DNA of 46,915 nt from assembly GCA_947176265.1 (NCBI GenBank), contig CAMWQA010000004.1:1-46915 (forward strand), written 5' to 3'. The stretch is from an uncultured Clostridia bacterium. GTDB lineage: Bacteria > Bacillota > Clostridia > Christensenellales > UBA3700. Below are positions 29,299-39,415 of this stretch, piece by piece (within the stretch, counting starts at the first letter, position 1; every line of letters begins with the position of its first letter). Below the pieces are notes generated by a model. The model saw only the letters and a list, made by a program, of their open reading frames with translations, did no database searches and had not been told where the DNA came from. The translations under genes were made by a program, and so were the position numbers.

Positions 29299-32200
29299 TT
29301 AAGCCGCGTATTTTGTGTCGATACCGGAAGTAAATCCGTACTTGTTGAGGCTAGTTCCGCTATTTACGTATTCTGACGGAGTTTGAGGCAAAGTTGCTAC
29401 GCACTCTTGGGCGTCGGAATCTGTGTAGTATCCGTGTCCTATCGCGGTAATTACAACCACGTAACCGTTGCTTGCCGCAACGTCGCTGTCGTATTCGACG
29501 ATGCCTGTCAAATCTGCAAAGTTGATGCTGTATCCGATTCTTCCGTCCTTGAGGATAGAAGTTCTGCCGATTTCAATCTTCTCGCCGCCGTTGATTTGAA
29601 GCTCGACGAGATACTCGTATCCGTTCTGCACGCCTTGCCAGCTTGCGTGGATGACCGCATTGTCGTCTTCGTTGATGGTTGCGGTAATAGTAGTCTCGTC
29701 TACTGCGTTGAGTTTCTCCGTAGTGGAATGCGCGATCATGGAGTCAGGCGAGTCTTTGATATTAGGATTGTTAGTGTTGACAGCCTTTACTCTTATAGAG
29801 TGGTCGCCGACTTTGTTGACGTATTGCGTAATATCAACGCTGAGGTTGGTGCCGTTTTCAGAGAAAGCGGGGTTCTTGATCTCTTTGCCGTCAACGTAGA
29901 TTTTGTAGTTCGTTGCGTCCGGCACTTTGTCAAACTCAAAGGAAGCCTTGGTTGTTTCGTCTTCAGTAATCGTGTTTACCTTTAATCCCGTAGGCATATT
30001 CAACGTAATGATATAGTTGTAATTTACGGATACCGAAGCGCCGTCAACGTACAACGTTGAAGAACCTATTTTCTCAAAATCGAGAGTATCGTCGTAGTTG
30101 CCTTGCGGAGTAACGGTTATCGTATAGCTTCTGCCCGGGGTAGATACGTATTGCGTAATATCAAATTCGGGATCGTCAGTGCTGTTCTTTTCCCAAATTA
30201 ATGGCTCTTCAACTCCGCTTATATCAAACTTATAAGATTTTGCGTATTTGACTTTTGCCACTTTGCAATATATTCTGTTTGATCTCTCTTCAATAATGAT
30301 GTCAATAGGCTTAGCCAACTCTTCAACGTAGATGACGTTGTCGCAACCCGACATATTATGTGTTGAGTTAAGGTCTCTGAATATAATCAAATTCTTGACG
30401 TCTTGATAAGTGGGGCAGGAGTGTCCGGCTTTCATTATGACTTGCTTACCGCCGTTGATCGTGTTGGAAATGTTACCTTCAACGATAGCGGTCGAGTTGG
30501 AGTCGAGGTTCAAAGTCGCAACCGTGCTTTTGCTCTTAACCGTCGCATCGCTGCTCAACAATTCAAGAGTATTTGCAATCTTAACGCCGCTTTGAACTAC
30601 TACTTGAGGACAATTAACTATACTTATTTTGCTCGTAGACTTTGCGTTGACGATATTGCCGGCAAAGGTTACTTTTTCAGCCGTTATTTCAGCGTTGACC
30701 TCGTTGGTGTTTCCGCCTCCGTAGTTATACAGTGTCAACGTTTTTGCCGTTGCCGTCAAGTTTTCGCAAGATACGTTTGCCATAAGCACGACGTTCATAT
30801 TAGGAGCGTTTATTTCAAGAGTTCCTGCCTTGAGGTTGGATTTTTTGTTGGTAACGTAGCTCTTGCCCTTTCTCGTACCGATATACAAAGTACCTGATTT
30901 GTCGGTAGTGATCTCAAGTTTGTCAGACACGCTCAAAGTATGCTTATTGAGGTCAATGCTGTGCAAGTTGCTATCGTTGAAAGTCAAGGTGTTGCAAGAT
31001 ATGTTCTTGTCAAGCACGAAGAAGTACTTTCCAAAATCATTTTTCTTCAAATTTGCCGCATTAAATCCGTCTGCGTTCTTGACGAAAATTCTTGGAGCGT
31101 GGAAGAATACTACCGGCAATATTATCGAAAGAAGTATTGCCACGACGGCTACGCTTGCGACAATTGCTATGATGCCTTTTTTGCCGAGTTTCTTCTTTGG
31201 AGAGGTAGGTTTGTCTTGCTTATCCTTGTCTTTTTTCTTATCGTCTTGGGTCTTATCTTCAACCTTGTCGTCAGAAGTTTTATCGTCTTCGCTCTTTTTG
31301 TCTTCTTGGGTATCTTGTTGAGGATTAGCGGCAGTAGCCATATCTCCGTGCAAGAATTCATCCATAAGGTCTTCGCCGGTGGAGAAGACGAGTCCGCTTG
31401 CCTGACCGTTCTCTTCGCTATACGGCTTTCCGTCAGCAGGTTCATCTTTTACGCCCGCTTTGTGCGAATAGATTATAAACGGCACAGGATCGCTCGTGTG
31501 AGTTTTAAGCGAAAGCGGAGTGGGGTGGTCGGGAGCAATGAGAATCTTATAGTCATCGTTCATTTTGTCAAGTTGCTCTTTGACGTACTTGACTACGATA
31601 GAGTCGATGAGTTCGATCGACTTGATTTTGTTGTCGGCGTCGCCTTGGTGTCCGCATTCGTCGGGAGCTTCCATGTGAATATATACGTAATCGTATCCTT
31701 CTTTCAAAGCGTCGATACAAGCTTTTGCTTTGCCTTGGAAGTTGGTCTTATAAGTACCCGTTGCGCCTTCTACGTTGATGACTTTCATCTTTGCGCCCGT
31801 GCCGATACCTTTTATCAAATCGACTGCAGAGATAACTGCGCCTTTTATGCCGTATTTTTCCTCAAACGGCGTAAGTTCGGGACGTGTGCCTTCTCCCCAA
31901 AGCCAAATGCTGTTGGCGGGTTTGAGTCCGTTTTCGATACGCTTTTTATTGACGGGGTGGTCTTTAAGCAATTTGTAAGAATCAATCATGATATCCAAGA
32001 AAATATCTCCGTATTCTCCCTTGGGAAGATATTCGGTAATTTTCTTATCGGAAATATCATGCGGAGGAGTAAAGTCAGTGCCTTTCTCTGCGTTGTGCGC
32101 AACAAGACAATGACGGTAACTTACGCCTGCGTGAAAATCAATGTATTCGTCTCCGAGATTTTGTTGGAGATACTCGATAAGCTCTTTTGCCTCTTCGGTA

Positions 32201-32562
32201 GAAATTTCGCCAGCAGAGTAGTCAAGCATAGTTTTGTCAGCATAATTCTCTTCGTCTGACAGCGTAACGAGATTGCATCTGATAGCTAAGTCAGTGTCCT
32301 TGAGGTCAATGCCGATAGAAAGAGCCTCGAGAGGAGAACGTCCCGTATAATACTTGTCGGGAGCGTAACCCATCATAGAGAGATTTGCCACGTCGCTACC
32401 GGGTTTCATACCGTCGGGAACAGTCTTGACAAGTCCCAATTTACCTTTCTTGCACAAGTCGTCTATATTAGGCTTGTTTGCTACTTCAAGAGGAGTGCGT
32501 CCCCCTAAAGCCTTTGATGGGTAATCGGCCATGCCGTCGCCCAAAATCACCACATACTTCAT
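29299..32562 (-). CDS. apgM: Cofactor-independent phosphoglycerate mutase (ApgM type) fused to TM helix and large extracellular FN3-like region
   Basis: N-terminal ~410 aa: GDGMAD, PGSDVAN, WLWGEG, EAPDECGHQG, PDHPTP, HTSDPVP; then K/D-rich linker, TM helix, ~600 aa beta-rich region; ATG 32562 after AGGTG. Confidence 0.88.
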   Translation of the reverse strand: MKYVVILGDGMADYPSKALGGRTPLEVANKPNIDDLCKKGKLGLVKTVPDGMKPGSDVANLSMMGYAPDKYYTGRSPLEALSIGIDLKDTDLAIRCNLVTLSDEENYADKTMLDYSAGEISTEEAKELIEYLQQNLGDEYIDFHAGVSYRHCLVAHNAEKGTDFTPPHDISDKKITEYLPKGEYGDIFLDIMIDSYKLLKDHPVNKKRIENGLKPANSIWLWGEGTRPELTPFEEKYGIKGAVISAVDLIKGIGTGAKMKVINVEGATGTYKTNFQGKAKACIDALKEGYDYVYIHMEAPDECGHQGDADNKIKSIELIDSIVVKYVKEQLDKMNDDYKILIAPDHPTPLSLKTHTSDPVPFIIYSHKAGVKDEPADGKPYSEENGQASGLVFSTGEDLMDEFLHGDMATAANPQQDTQEDKKSEDDKTSDDKVEDKTQDDKKKDKDKQDKPTSPKKKLGKKGIIAIVASVAVVAILLSIILPVVFFHAPRIFVKNADGFNAANLKKNDFGKYFFVLDKNISCNTLTFNDSNLHSIDLNKHTLSVSDKLEITTDKSGTLYIGTRKGKSYVTNKKSNLKAGTLEINAPNMNVVLMANVSCENLTATAKTLTLYNYGGGNTNEVNAEITAEKVTFAGNIVNAKSTSKISIVNCPQVVVQSGVKIANTLELLSSDATVKSKSTVATLNLDSNSTAIVEGNISNTINGGKQVIMKAGHSCPTYQDVKNLIIFRDLNSTHNMSGCDNVIYVEELAKPIDIIIEERSNRIYCKVAKVKYAKSYKFDISGVEEPLIWEKNSTDDPEFDITQYVSTPGRSYTITVTPQGNYDDTLDFEKIGSSTLYVDGASVSVNYNYIITLNMPTGLKVNTITEDETTKASFEFDKVPDATNYKIYVDGKEIKNPAFSENGTNLSVDITQYVNKVGDHSIRVKAVNTNNPNIKDSPDSMIAHSTTEKLNAVDETTITATINEDDNAVIHASWQGVQNGYEYLVELQINGGEKIEIGRTSILKDGRIGYSINFADLTGIVEYDSDVAASNGYVVVITAIGHGYYTDSDAQECVATLPQTPSEYVNSGTSLNKYGFTSGIDTKYAA

Positions 32563-32911
32563 ATATTTCACCTACAAAATAAGAATATTCTTATACATAG
32601 TTTATTATATATTATATGTTGGACAAATGTCAAATGTTTTATGACTATGTTTAAGACAACTAACGAGTGCGTATGTTAGCCGTCTTTTTGCTCAATTGAC
32701 GCAAGATTTAATTGGAGTAGCGCGGCTCAAGTAGTATTTGCATTAGTACTAACATATTTTTTAGCGATTGTATTCTAAAATTCGCAAGTAACTAAACCAA
32801 AAACTATGAATGTACTTAATCGCAAACACTACTTTTCGCCATTATCCAACTTGACTTCATTTTTGATCGCACGAAGTGGAGTGGAGAAATTTTCATTTGT
32901 ATATCTAAATA

Positions 32912-33118
32912 TCAAACCGCTGTTAGTTTCAGTATGAATTTTTGTCCGTTGTTAAATGTGATTTTGATAGAATTGCCATCGTCTGTAAAAGTACCGCAGT
33001 AGTATTCTTTTAACAATACTTTTAAATCAAGTAACATATCGTCAACGCCCACTTTGTAATCAAGGTTATTTAATTGCATATTAAAAATATGTTCTGCAAT
33101 TTCTTTACTCTCTTTCAT
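32912..33118 (-). CDS. Small hypothetical protein divergent from XRE gene
   Basis: 68 aa; strong AAGGAGG RBS; own promoter at 33172-33200. Confidence 0.75.
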   Translation of the reverse strand: MKESKEIAEHIFNMQLNNLDYKVGVDDMLLDLKVLLKEYYCGTFTDDGNSIKITFNNGQKFILKLTAV

Positions 33119-33171
33119 TTGTGCACCTCCTTATATTTTTTTTACATAGTTGTCGAAGCTTATGTAAATAT

Positions 33172-33217
33172 ATTATATCCAGTATTTTGTCCCATATCAA
33201 GCATTTTGGGGACAAAA
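33172..33217 (-). promoter_or_regulatory. Promoter with inverted operator pair
   Basis: TTTTGTCCC (33185-33193) and GGGACAAAA (33209-33217) flank minus-strand TTGATA; TATAAT 17 bp downstream. Confidence 0.75.
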
Positions 33218-33250
33218 CAAGCCATAATTTATATAAGGAGTTGCGAATAA

Positions 33251-33697
33251 ATGGATATTTTGTCGAATTTTAGCGAAACGCTGTCAGAACTAATTGCAAT
33301 GCATAATTTGAACGCTTCTATACTTGGAAAGCAACTTAAAATTGATAGGTCTACGATTACGAAGTATTTAGCAAAAAGGTCTTTGCCAAAATTGCAATTT
33401 GCAATAAAAATAGTTGATTATTTTGGATGTTCGTTGGACTATCTTTTTGGATTGACAAACGATTATCAAAAGAAAAGTTATTTGCAGTGTCCACCTTTCT
33501 TTCAAGTATTTCAACAATTATTAGCGTCACGCAACTGCTCAAGATACAGACTCTTTACAGACCTCGATATACACGATCAAATTGTAGATGATTGGTACTA
33601 CGGCAGGAGTATTCCATCAATGTATAATATTATTCGTCTTGCAAACTATTTCAATTGCACACTTGACGAACTGGTTGGAAGGAAAGCGGTGGAGTAG
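33251..33697 (+). CDS. Tandem double XRE-HTH regulator
   Basis: Two HTH units ending FGCSLDYLFG and FNCTLDELVG; AAGGAG RBS. Confidence 0.88.
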   Translation: MDILSNFSETLSELIAMHNLNASILGKQLKIDRSTITKYLAKRSLPKLQFAIKIVDYFGCSLDYLFGLTNDYQKKSYLQCPPFFQVFQQLLASRNCSRYRLFTDLDIHDQIVDDWYYGRSIPSMYNIIRLANYFNCTLDELVGRKAVE

Positions 33698-33714
33698 AAG
33701 ATTTTAATCGGTAG

Positions 33715-33742
33715 AGATTTCTCGACTTCGCTCGAAATGACA
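33715..33742. repeat. REP-like palindromic element
   Basis: AGATTTCTCGACTTCGCTCGAAATGACA; degenerate inverted copies at 32856-32893 and 37868-37893. Confidence 0.55.
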
Positions 33743-33763
33743 TTTTGTTTTATCTATAACTTA

Positions 33764-33791
33764 AAAACGACTCTCTTACGAGAGCCGTTTT
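33764..33791. terminator. Terminator downstream of purF
   Basis: AAAACGACTCTC-TTAC-GAGAGCCGTTTT. Confidence 0.75.
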
Positions 33792-33795
33792 ATCA

Positions 33796-35202
33796 TTATC
33801 CCAAAATATTTTTATCTTCTTTTTCGCAAGGCACTTTGCAAGGATACTTGCCTGTAAAGCAACCTTTACAGAACGTTACCTTGGAATCGGGAGCAATTTT
33901 GTCAACAGTCTTTACGTCGAGGAAGGCAAGGGAATCCGCGCCTATCTTTTGTCTCAATTCGTCGATGGTGTAGTTGTTGCACGCAAGGTCTTTTCTTGAC
34001 GGTATATCCGTACCAAAGAAGCAAGGATAGATAAACGGTGGAGAAGATATTCTTACGTGTACTTCTTTTGCGCCTGCCTTCTTGAGAAGTTTGATAATAT
34101 TTGCAAGGGTAGTACCTCTGACTATAGAGTCGTCGACCATGACGAGTCTTTTGCCTTCGACGTTGCTCTTGAGCGTGTTGAGCTTGAGCGCAACGCTACG
34201 TTCTCTCATTGCTTGCGTAGGTTGAATAAAGGTTCTGCCTATGTATCTGTTTTTGATAAGACCCACGCCGTACGGAATACCGCTGCCGTGCGAATATCCT
34301 ATTGCTGCGGGAAGACCGCTGTCGGGTACGCCAATTACGAGGTCCGCCTCTGCCGGAGCAATCTTGGCAAGCATTTTGCCTGCGTTCATTCTGGCTTCGT
34401 TTACGCTTTGACCGTCGATTACGCTGTCGGGACGGGCAGTGTAGATATGCTCGAATATACAAAGACCGCCGCTGTGTCCGCAATACTTTGTGTTGGATTC
34501 CATACCGTCTTCGGTAACGATTACTATCTCGCCAGGGCGAACGTCTCTTTCAAAGGTCGCGCCAACGCTTTCAAACGCGCAGCTTTCGCTTGCGAATACC
34601 ACGTTGTTCTCAATTTTGCCAATACAAAGCGGACGAATGCCGTATCTGTCTCTTACGGCAATAAGCTTTTTAGGACTCATTATAAGCAGCGAGAAAGCGC
34701 CTTGGAGCATAGGGAAGACCTTTTCGACGGCTTCTTCAACGCTCTTTGATTTAAGTCTTTGAATTGCAATCAAGTACGATACGACTTCGCTGTCGCTCGT
34801 GGTGTGGAAGATCGCGCCCTTTGCCTCAAGCTTGTCCCTCAATTCTTTAGCGTTGGTAATATTACCGTTGTGAGATACAGTGAGATTGCCTTTTGCGTAC
34901 TTTACGCTTATAGGTTGAGCGTTTTCGGGAGTATTGTTGCCCGTAGTGGAATAGCGGACGTGTCCGATTGCTATTTCGCCTTGCAATTTGGCAAGAGTAG
35001 CGTCGTTGAAGACTTCGCTTACAAGTCCCATGTTTTTGACAAGAGTAATTTCTCTGTCGTTATTTACGGCGATACCTGCAGCCTCTTGTCCTCTGTGCTG
35101 AAGAGCAAAGAGTCCGACGTAGACTTGCCCGGCAATGTTGCCAAGGCGGGATTTGTCGTATATACCGAATATTCCGCACTCATCCTTGATATTTTCTGAC
35201 AT
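33796..35202 (-). CDS. purF: Amidophosphoribosyltransferase
   Basis: Propeptide then ECGIFG, LQHRGQE, GHVRYST, VMVDDSIVRGTT, Fe-S cysteines. Confidence 0.97.
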   Translation of the reverse strand: MSENIKDECGIFGIYDKSRLGNIAGQVYVGLFALQHRGQEAAGIAVNNDREITLVKNMGLVSEVFNDATLAKLQGEIAIGHVRYSTTGNNTPENAQPISVKYAKGNLTVSHNGNITNAKELRDKLEAKGAIFHTTSDSEVVSYLIAIQRLKSKSVEEAVEKVFPMLQGAFSLLIMSPKKLIAVRDRYGIRPLCIGKIENNVVFASESCAFESVGATFERDVRPGEIVIVTEDGMESNTKYCGHSGGLCIFEHIYTARPDSVIDGQSVNEARMNAGKMLAKIAPAEADLVIGVPDSGLPAAIGYSHGSGIPYGVGLIKNRYIGRTFIQPTQAMRERSVALKLNTLKSNVEGKRLVMVDDSIVRGTTLANIIKLLKKAGAKEVHVRISSPPFIYPCFFGTDIPSRKDLACNNYTIDELRQKIGADSLAFLDVKTVDKIAPDSKVTFCKGCFTGKYPCKVPCEKEDKNILG

Positions 35203-35381
35203 ATTGTACCTACCTTTTGTGATTTAATTTCAAAATCAACTTTATTATAGCAAATATCGACTGTATAATCAAATACTTGATATAAAAAAATCTTGATTTT
35301 TTCTACAAATTTTGGAAATTCTCTCGCGCACGCACGTAATAGTTTAAATATATTATCAATATTAAATATATCCATAACGTC

Positions 35382-35413
35382 AAGAACGCGCAACCTTGCG
35401 ATTGCGCGTCCCT
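35382..35413 (-). terminator. Hairpin/terminator after GS-III gene
   Basis: Minus strand GGGACGCGCAATC-GCAA-GGTTGCGCGTTCTT. Confidence 0.6.
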
Positions 35414-35445
35414 GCATACTAACGTACGACCTTTTAATATTACTG

Positions 35446-37530
35446 TCAATCTTTGACGGAGAAGAGTATTGCTCCGTAAGTTGGGAATGGCCAATACTTG
35501 TCGGCAGTGTTGACTTCCATCTCGTCTGCCGCCGCGCGCAGTTTGTCCATAGCGGGGATTACGTCGGTGCGGTAGAACATTGCCTTTTTCTCTATATCGG
35601 CGATTGCCTCTGCCTTGTGGACTTTTGTCGTAAGCTCGTCGAGATACTTGTACGCGTCTGCGGAAAGTTTGGTCAACTTCTTAGCGGTTGCCGTCTGCGC
35701 AGTAGCTTCAAATCCCAATTCCTTTGTCGCGAGAGCCGTCTTTGCAAGCTCTTTAATATAGGTGGTTACGGCAGGAAGTATCTGTTTGTTTGCCATATCA
35801 ATCATCGTCAACGCTTCGATATTGACGACCTTTGCGTAATTCTCAAGCAATATGTCGGTTCTCGACTCTACTTCCAATGCTGAGAATATACCGTGTTTTT
35901 CAAAGAGCGCGATATTCTTTGCGTTCTTGAAGTATGGGATAGCTTCGGGAGTGGATTGCAAGTTGAGCAAGCCGCGCTTTTTGGCTTCCTTTACCCATTC
36001 GTCGGAGTAGCCGTTGCCGTTGAAGATGATCTTCTTGTGGGCAATGAAAGTCTTTTTGACGAGTTCTTTTACCGCGCCCATAAAATCTTCTGCGCCCTCA
36101 AGTTCGTCGGCAAATTGGTCGAGAGACTCGGCTACTATCGTGTTGAGTATGATATTCGGTCCTGCTATAGAGAAGGTCGAACCCAACATTCTGAATTCAA
36201 ATTTATTTCCTGTGAATGCAAACGGGGAAGTGCGGTTGCGGTCGGTGGTGTCCTTGGTAAACTTGGGCAGCGAGCTTACGCCGATTTCGTATTCGCATCT
36301 TGCTCTCTTGCTATACGTTCTGTCTTCTGCGATTGCGGTAAGTATACCGTCAAGCTCTTCGCCGAGGAACATAGATACGATTGCCGGAGGAGCTTCGTTT
36401 GCTCCAAGTCTGTGATCGTTGCCCGCGCTTGCTACGCTGACTCTCAATAGATCTTGATAATCATCGACCGCTTTGATTACTGCGGCGAGGAAGAGCAAGA
36501 ATTGAGCGTTGTCTTCGGGAGTGTCGCCAGGTTCGAGCAAGTTTTCGCCCTTGTCGGTGGACATTGACCAGTTGTTGTGTTTACCGCTTCCGTTGACGCC
36601 CTCAAACGGTTTTTCGTGGAGAAGACATACCATGCCGTGACGGCTTGCAATCTTTTTCATCATCTCCATAGTCAATTGGTTTGCGTCGGACGCTACGTTG
36701 GATTGCGAGAAGATAGGAGCAAGTTCGTGCTGAGCGGGAGCAACTTCGTTATGCTTGGTTTTTGCGAGTACGCCGAGTTTCCAAAGTTCCGTATCGAGGT
36801 CTGCCATATACTTAACGACTCTTTGTTTGATAGAGCCGAAGTAGTGGTCTTCAAGTTCCTGTCCTTTGGGAGCCGGCGCGCCGAAAAGCGTACGGCCTGT
36901 GTATATCAAATCCTTTCTCTTTTCGTATACGCTCTTGTCAATGAGGAAGTATTCCTGCTCGGGACCTACCGTCGTGGTAACGCTGCTGACGTCCTTGCCA
37001 AAGAGTTTTAAAATTCTGCAAGCAGTCTTGCTGAGCGCTTTCATTGACTTGAGAAGAGGAGTCTTTTTGTCGAGAACTTCGCCGGTGTACGACACGAACG
37101 CCGTAGGTATGCAAAGCGTGCCGTCTTTGATGAATGCGTAAGAAGTCGGGTCCCAAGCCGTATAGCCTCTTGCTTCAAAGGTTGCTCTGATACCGCCGTT
37201 GGGGAAAGAAGACGCGTCGGGTTCGCCCTTAATGAGCTCTTTTCCGCTGAACTCCATTATTACCTTGCCGTCGGCAGTGGGTTGGATAAAAGCGTCGTGC
37301 TTTTCTGCCGTAATACCAGTCATAGGTTGAAACCAGTGAGTATAGTGCGTACAGCCTTTTTCGATTGCCCAATCTTTCATTGCATTGGCGATAACCGTTG
37401 CGCAGCTCAAAGAAATGGGGGTATCGTGAGCGATACACGATTTGAGTTCCTTGTAGGTGTACTTTGGAAGTCTTTCCTGCATTACAGTGTCGTTGAATAC
37501 GAGGCTGCCGAAGAGTTCTGACATTACCAT
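35446..37530 (-). CDS. glnA: Glutamine synthetase type III
   Basis: [58 protein letters not shown]; 694 aa. Confidence 0.96.
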   Translation of the reverse strand: MVMSELFGSLVFNDTVMQERLPKYTYKELKSCIAHDTPISLSCATVIANAMKDWAIEKGCTHYTHWFQPMTGITAEKHDAFIQPTADGKVIMEFSGKELIKGEPDASSFPNGGIRATFEARGYTAWDPTSYAFIKDGTLCIPTAFVSYTGEVLDKKTPLLKSMKALSKTACRILKLFGKDVSSVTTTVGPEQEYFLIDKSVYEKRKDLIYTGRTLFGAPAPKGQELEDHYFGSIKQRVVKYMADLDTELWKLGVLAKTKHNEVAPAQHELAPIFSQSNVASDANQLTMEMMKKIASRHGMVCLLHEKPFEGVNGSGKHNNWSMSTDKGENLLEPGDTPEDNAQFLLFLAAVIKAVDDYQDLLRVSVASAGNDHRLGANEAPPAIVSMFLGEELDGILTAIAEDRTYSKRARCEYEIGVSSLPKFTKDTTDRNRTSPFAFTGNKFEFRMLGSTFSIAGPNIILNTIVAESLDQFADELEGAEDFMGAVKELVKKTFIAHKKIIFNGNGYSDEWVKEAKKRGLLNLQSTPEAIPYFKNAKNIALFEKHGIFSALEVESRTDILLENYAKVVNIEALTMIDMANKQILPAVTTYIKELAKTALATKELGFEATAQTATAKKLTKLSADAYKYLDELTTKVHKAEAIADIEKKAMFYRTDVIPAMDKLRAAADEMEVNTADKYWPFPTYGAILFSVKD

Positions 37531-37742
37531 ATTTGTATATCTCCTTTTGTAAAAAGTTTATTTACTTAAGATTTTAAGAGGATTTGATTAAGCGATGCGA
37601 GCAGGATTGTGTAAGCGATTTTTGTGATAAGAAGGATACGCGTTGCGGTCGTAGCAGAGTTACGAGCGCGTTGCGTAGACGCACTTAACGCGAAAATCGG
37701 TAGCAAGGCTGTCGCAAGAACTTCATCAAAGACTCTTGATAG

Positions 37743-37822
37743 AAAAAAGGCGCTAATTAGGGAAGTCCTAGTTAGCGCCTTTGCTACAATGACAGTATAA
37801 CTTTTTACAAATTGCTTGTCAA
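37743..37822 (-). promoter_or_regulatory. GS-III promoter followed by ANTAR-type hairpin overlapping an intrinsic terminator
   Basis: TTGACA-17-TATACT; TAGC-AAAGGC-GCTA hexaloop hairpin (37786-37773); terminator AAAGGCGCTAACTAGG..CCTAATTAGCGCCTTTTTT. Confidence 0.8.
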
Positions 37823-37911
37823 ACGTTTTGAAATAAAAAATTGCGAATTTTGTCAAAATTTTTTGACGTCATTTTGACGTAGTCGGAGAATCTAAATATA
37901 ATAAATTAACC

Positions 37912-38005
37912 TTAACTGTTCGCAAGGCGAACAATCTCACTCGCTATAGGCGAATATAACTGCCTCATAGCGGCAAAATAACTTCGACGCAGTCGAAATA
38001 TAACT
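37912..38005. repeat. Array of four short hairpins separated by AATATAACT-like linkers
   Basis: GTTCGC-AAG-GCGAAC, TCGC-TATAG-GCGA, TGCC-TCATAGC-GGCA, TTCGAC-GCA-GTCGAA. Confidence 0.65.
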
Positions 38006-38237
38006 TATATATAATATTTGCACGCGTAATTTTATAAATATTAATATGGACAATATGGGGAAATATATTATGCAGAGATAATTTTTTGTATTTGATGACA
38101 ATGCTGTAAAAATATTGATATAATTGTCATTTAATGGATATTTGTCGATTATTTACGCCATTTTAAGTACTATTTGTTCTTAAATTTATGTAAAATTAAA
38201 AAAATATCATTGATATAAAAAATATTTTTTCATTTTA

Positions 38238-38267
38238 TTGACAAGGATAAATTGGGAGTATTATAAT
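38238..38267 (+). promoter_or_regulatory. Promoter of glutamate synthase operon
   Basis: TTGACA-18-TATAAT followed by a G-rich leader hairpin (38281-38307) abutting the RBS. Confidence 0.6.
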
Positions 38268-38319
38268 TGCGATAAAAGGAAAGGGCGGGGAGGCTTTTCC
38301 GTCCTTTAGAGGTACTGCT

Positions 38320-39414
38320 ATGTTGAAAGAAGGCGAGGTCAGAATACCGTCGGGTTGCGCAATATCGGGTATATTTTCGAGAAGCGGAAAACTTACCAAC
38401 GGAGAGAAAATTATCACGTCGATAGCCACTATGCACGACAGATCCAACGGACTTGGAGGCGGTTTTGCAGGCTATGGAATTTATCCGCAATACGCGGACT
38501 TTTACGCATTTCATATTTTCTACGACGACAACGAGATAAGAAAAGAGGCGGAGAATTTCCTATATCAAAACTTCTTTATCGTCAATATGTCTATGATACC
38601 AATACGCAAGACCAAGAAGATATCAGACGAACCGCTTATTTTGAGATACTTCGTCAAGCCGCTTGACGCGCGTTTGCACGAGACTAATCTCGACGAAAAA
38701 GAATTCGTCGCGAGAATGGTAATCAAAGTCAATACCACAATCAAGGGCGCGTATATATTCTCAAGCGGAAAGAATATGGGTATATTCAAGGCGGTTGGCT
38801 ATCCCGAAGACGTAGGCGAGTACTATAGACTTGAAGAATACGACGCGTATTGTTGGACGGCGCACGGCAGATATCCTACGAATACCCCCGGTTGGTGGGG
38901 CGGAGCGCACCCATTCGGTATGCTCGATTATTCGGTAGTTCACAACGGCGAAATATCGTCTTACGACGCAAATAGACGCTATATAGAGATGTTTGGATAT
39001 AAGTGTACGCTTATGACGGATACCGAAGTAATAGCTTACGTCGTCGACTTTTTGTGCCGTCGTCAGGGCTTGAGTATGCAGGAAATGGCGGGAGTTATTG
39101 CCGCTCCGTTTTGGAGTACAATTGAGAAAAAATCTCCCGAAGAGAGGGCGTTGGCGGAGTACCTTCGCAATACCTTTTCAAGCTTGTTAATTACAGGTCC
39201 TTTCAGCATAATGGTAGGATTTGAAAACGGACTTATGGCTCTTAACGACAGACTTAAGTTGCGTAGTATGGTAGTTGGCGAAAAGGACGATATGACTTAT
39301 ATCGCAAGCGAAGAATGCGCGATTAGAGCGATAGAACCCAACTTAGATAGGATATGGTCGCCGAGGGGCGGAGAGCCAGTTGTGGTAACTCTCGACAAAA
39401 AGGAGGTAAAATAA
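38320..39414 (+). CDS. Glutamate synthase, glutamine amidotransferase type-2 subunit (GltB1-type)
   Basis: SGCAISG (Ntn Cys), DRSNGLGGG, AHGRYPTNT, VHNGEISSY, TDTEV. Confidence 0.9.
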   Translation: MLKEGEVRIPSGCAISGIFSRSGKLTNGEKIITSIATMHDRSNGLGGGFAGYGIYPQYADFYAFHIFYDDNEIRKEAENFLYQNFFIVNMSMIPIRKTKKISDEPLILRYFVKPLDARLHETNLDEKEFVARMVIKVNTTIKGAYIFSSGKNMGIFKAVGYPEDVGEYYRLEEYDAYCWTAHGRYPTNTPGWWGGAHPFGMLDYSVVHNGEISSYDANRRYIEMFGYKCTLMTDTEVIAYVVDFLCRRQGLSMQEMAGVIAAPFWSTIEKKSPEERALAEYLRNTFSSLLITGPFSIMVGFENGLMALNDRLKLRSMVVGEKDDMTYIASEECAIRAIEPNLDRIWSPRGGEPVVVTLDKKEVK

Positions 39415-39415
39415 T

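Noticed and set aside
30940-32259. 439-aa + strand ORF
   Set aside because: Antisense shadow of the apgM fusion; no RBS or recognisable motifs. The same applies to the many antisense ORFs over GH3, lacZ, purF, glnA and carAB.
37566-37856. 96-aa ORF as GS-III leader peptide
   Set aside because: Starts upstream of the promoter and crosses the terminator; no RBS.
37912-38005. Possible CRISPR array
   Set aside because: Constant part is only ~9 nt, variable parts are self-complementary 13-15-mers, and there are no cas genes; kept as a hairpin array.
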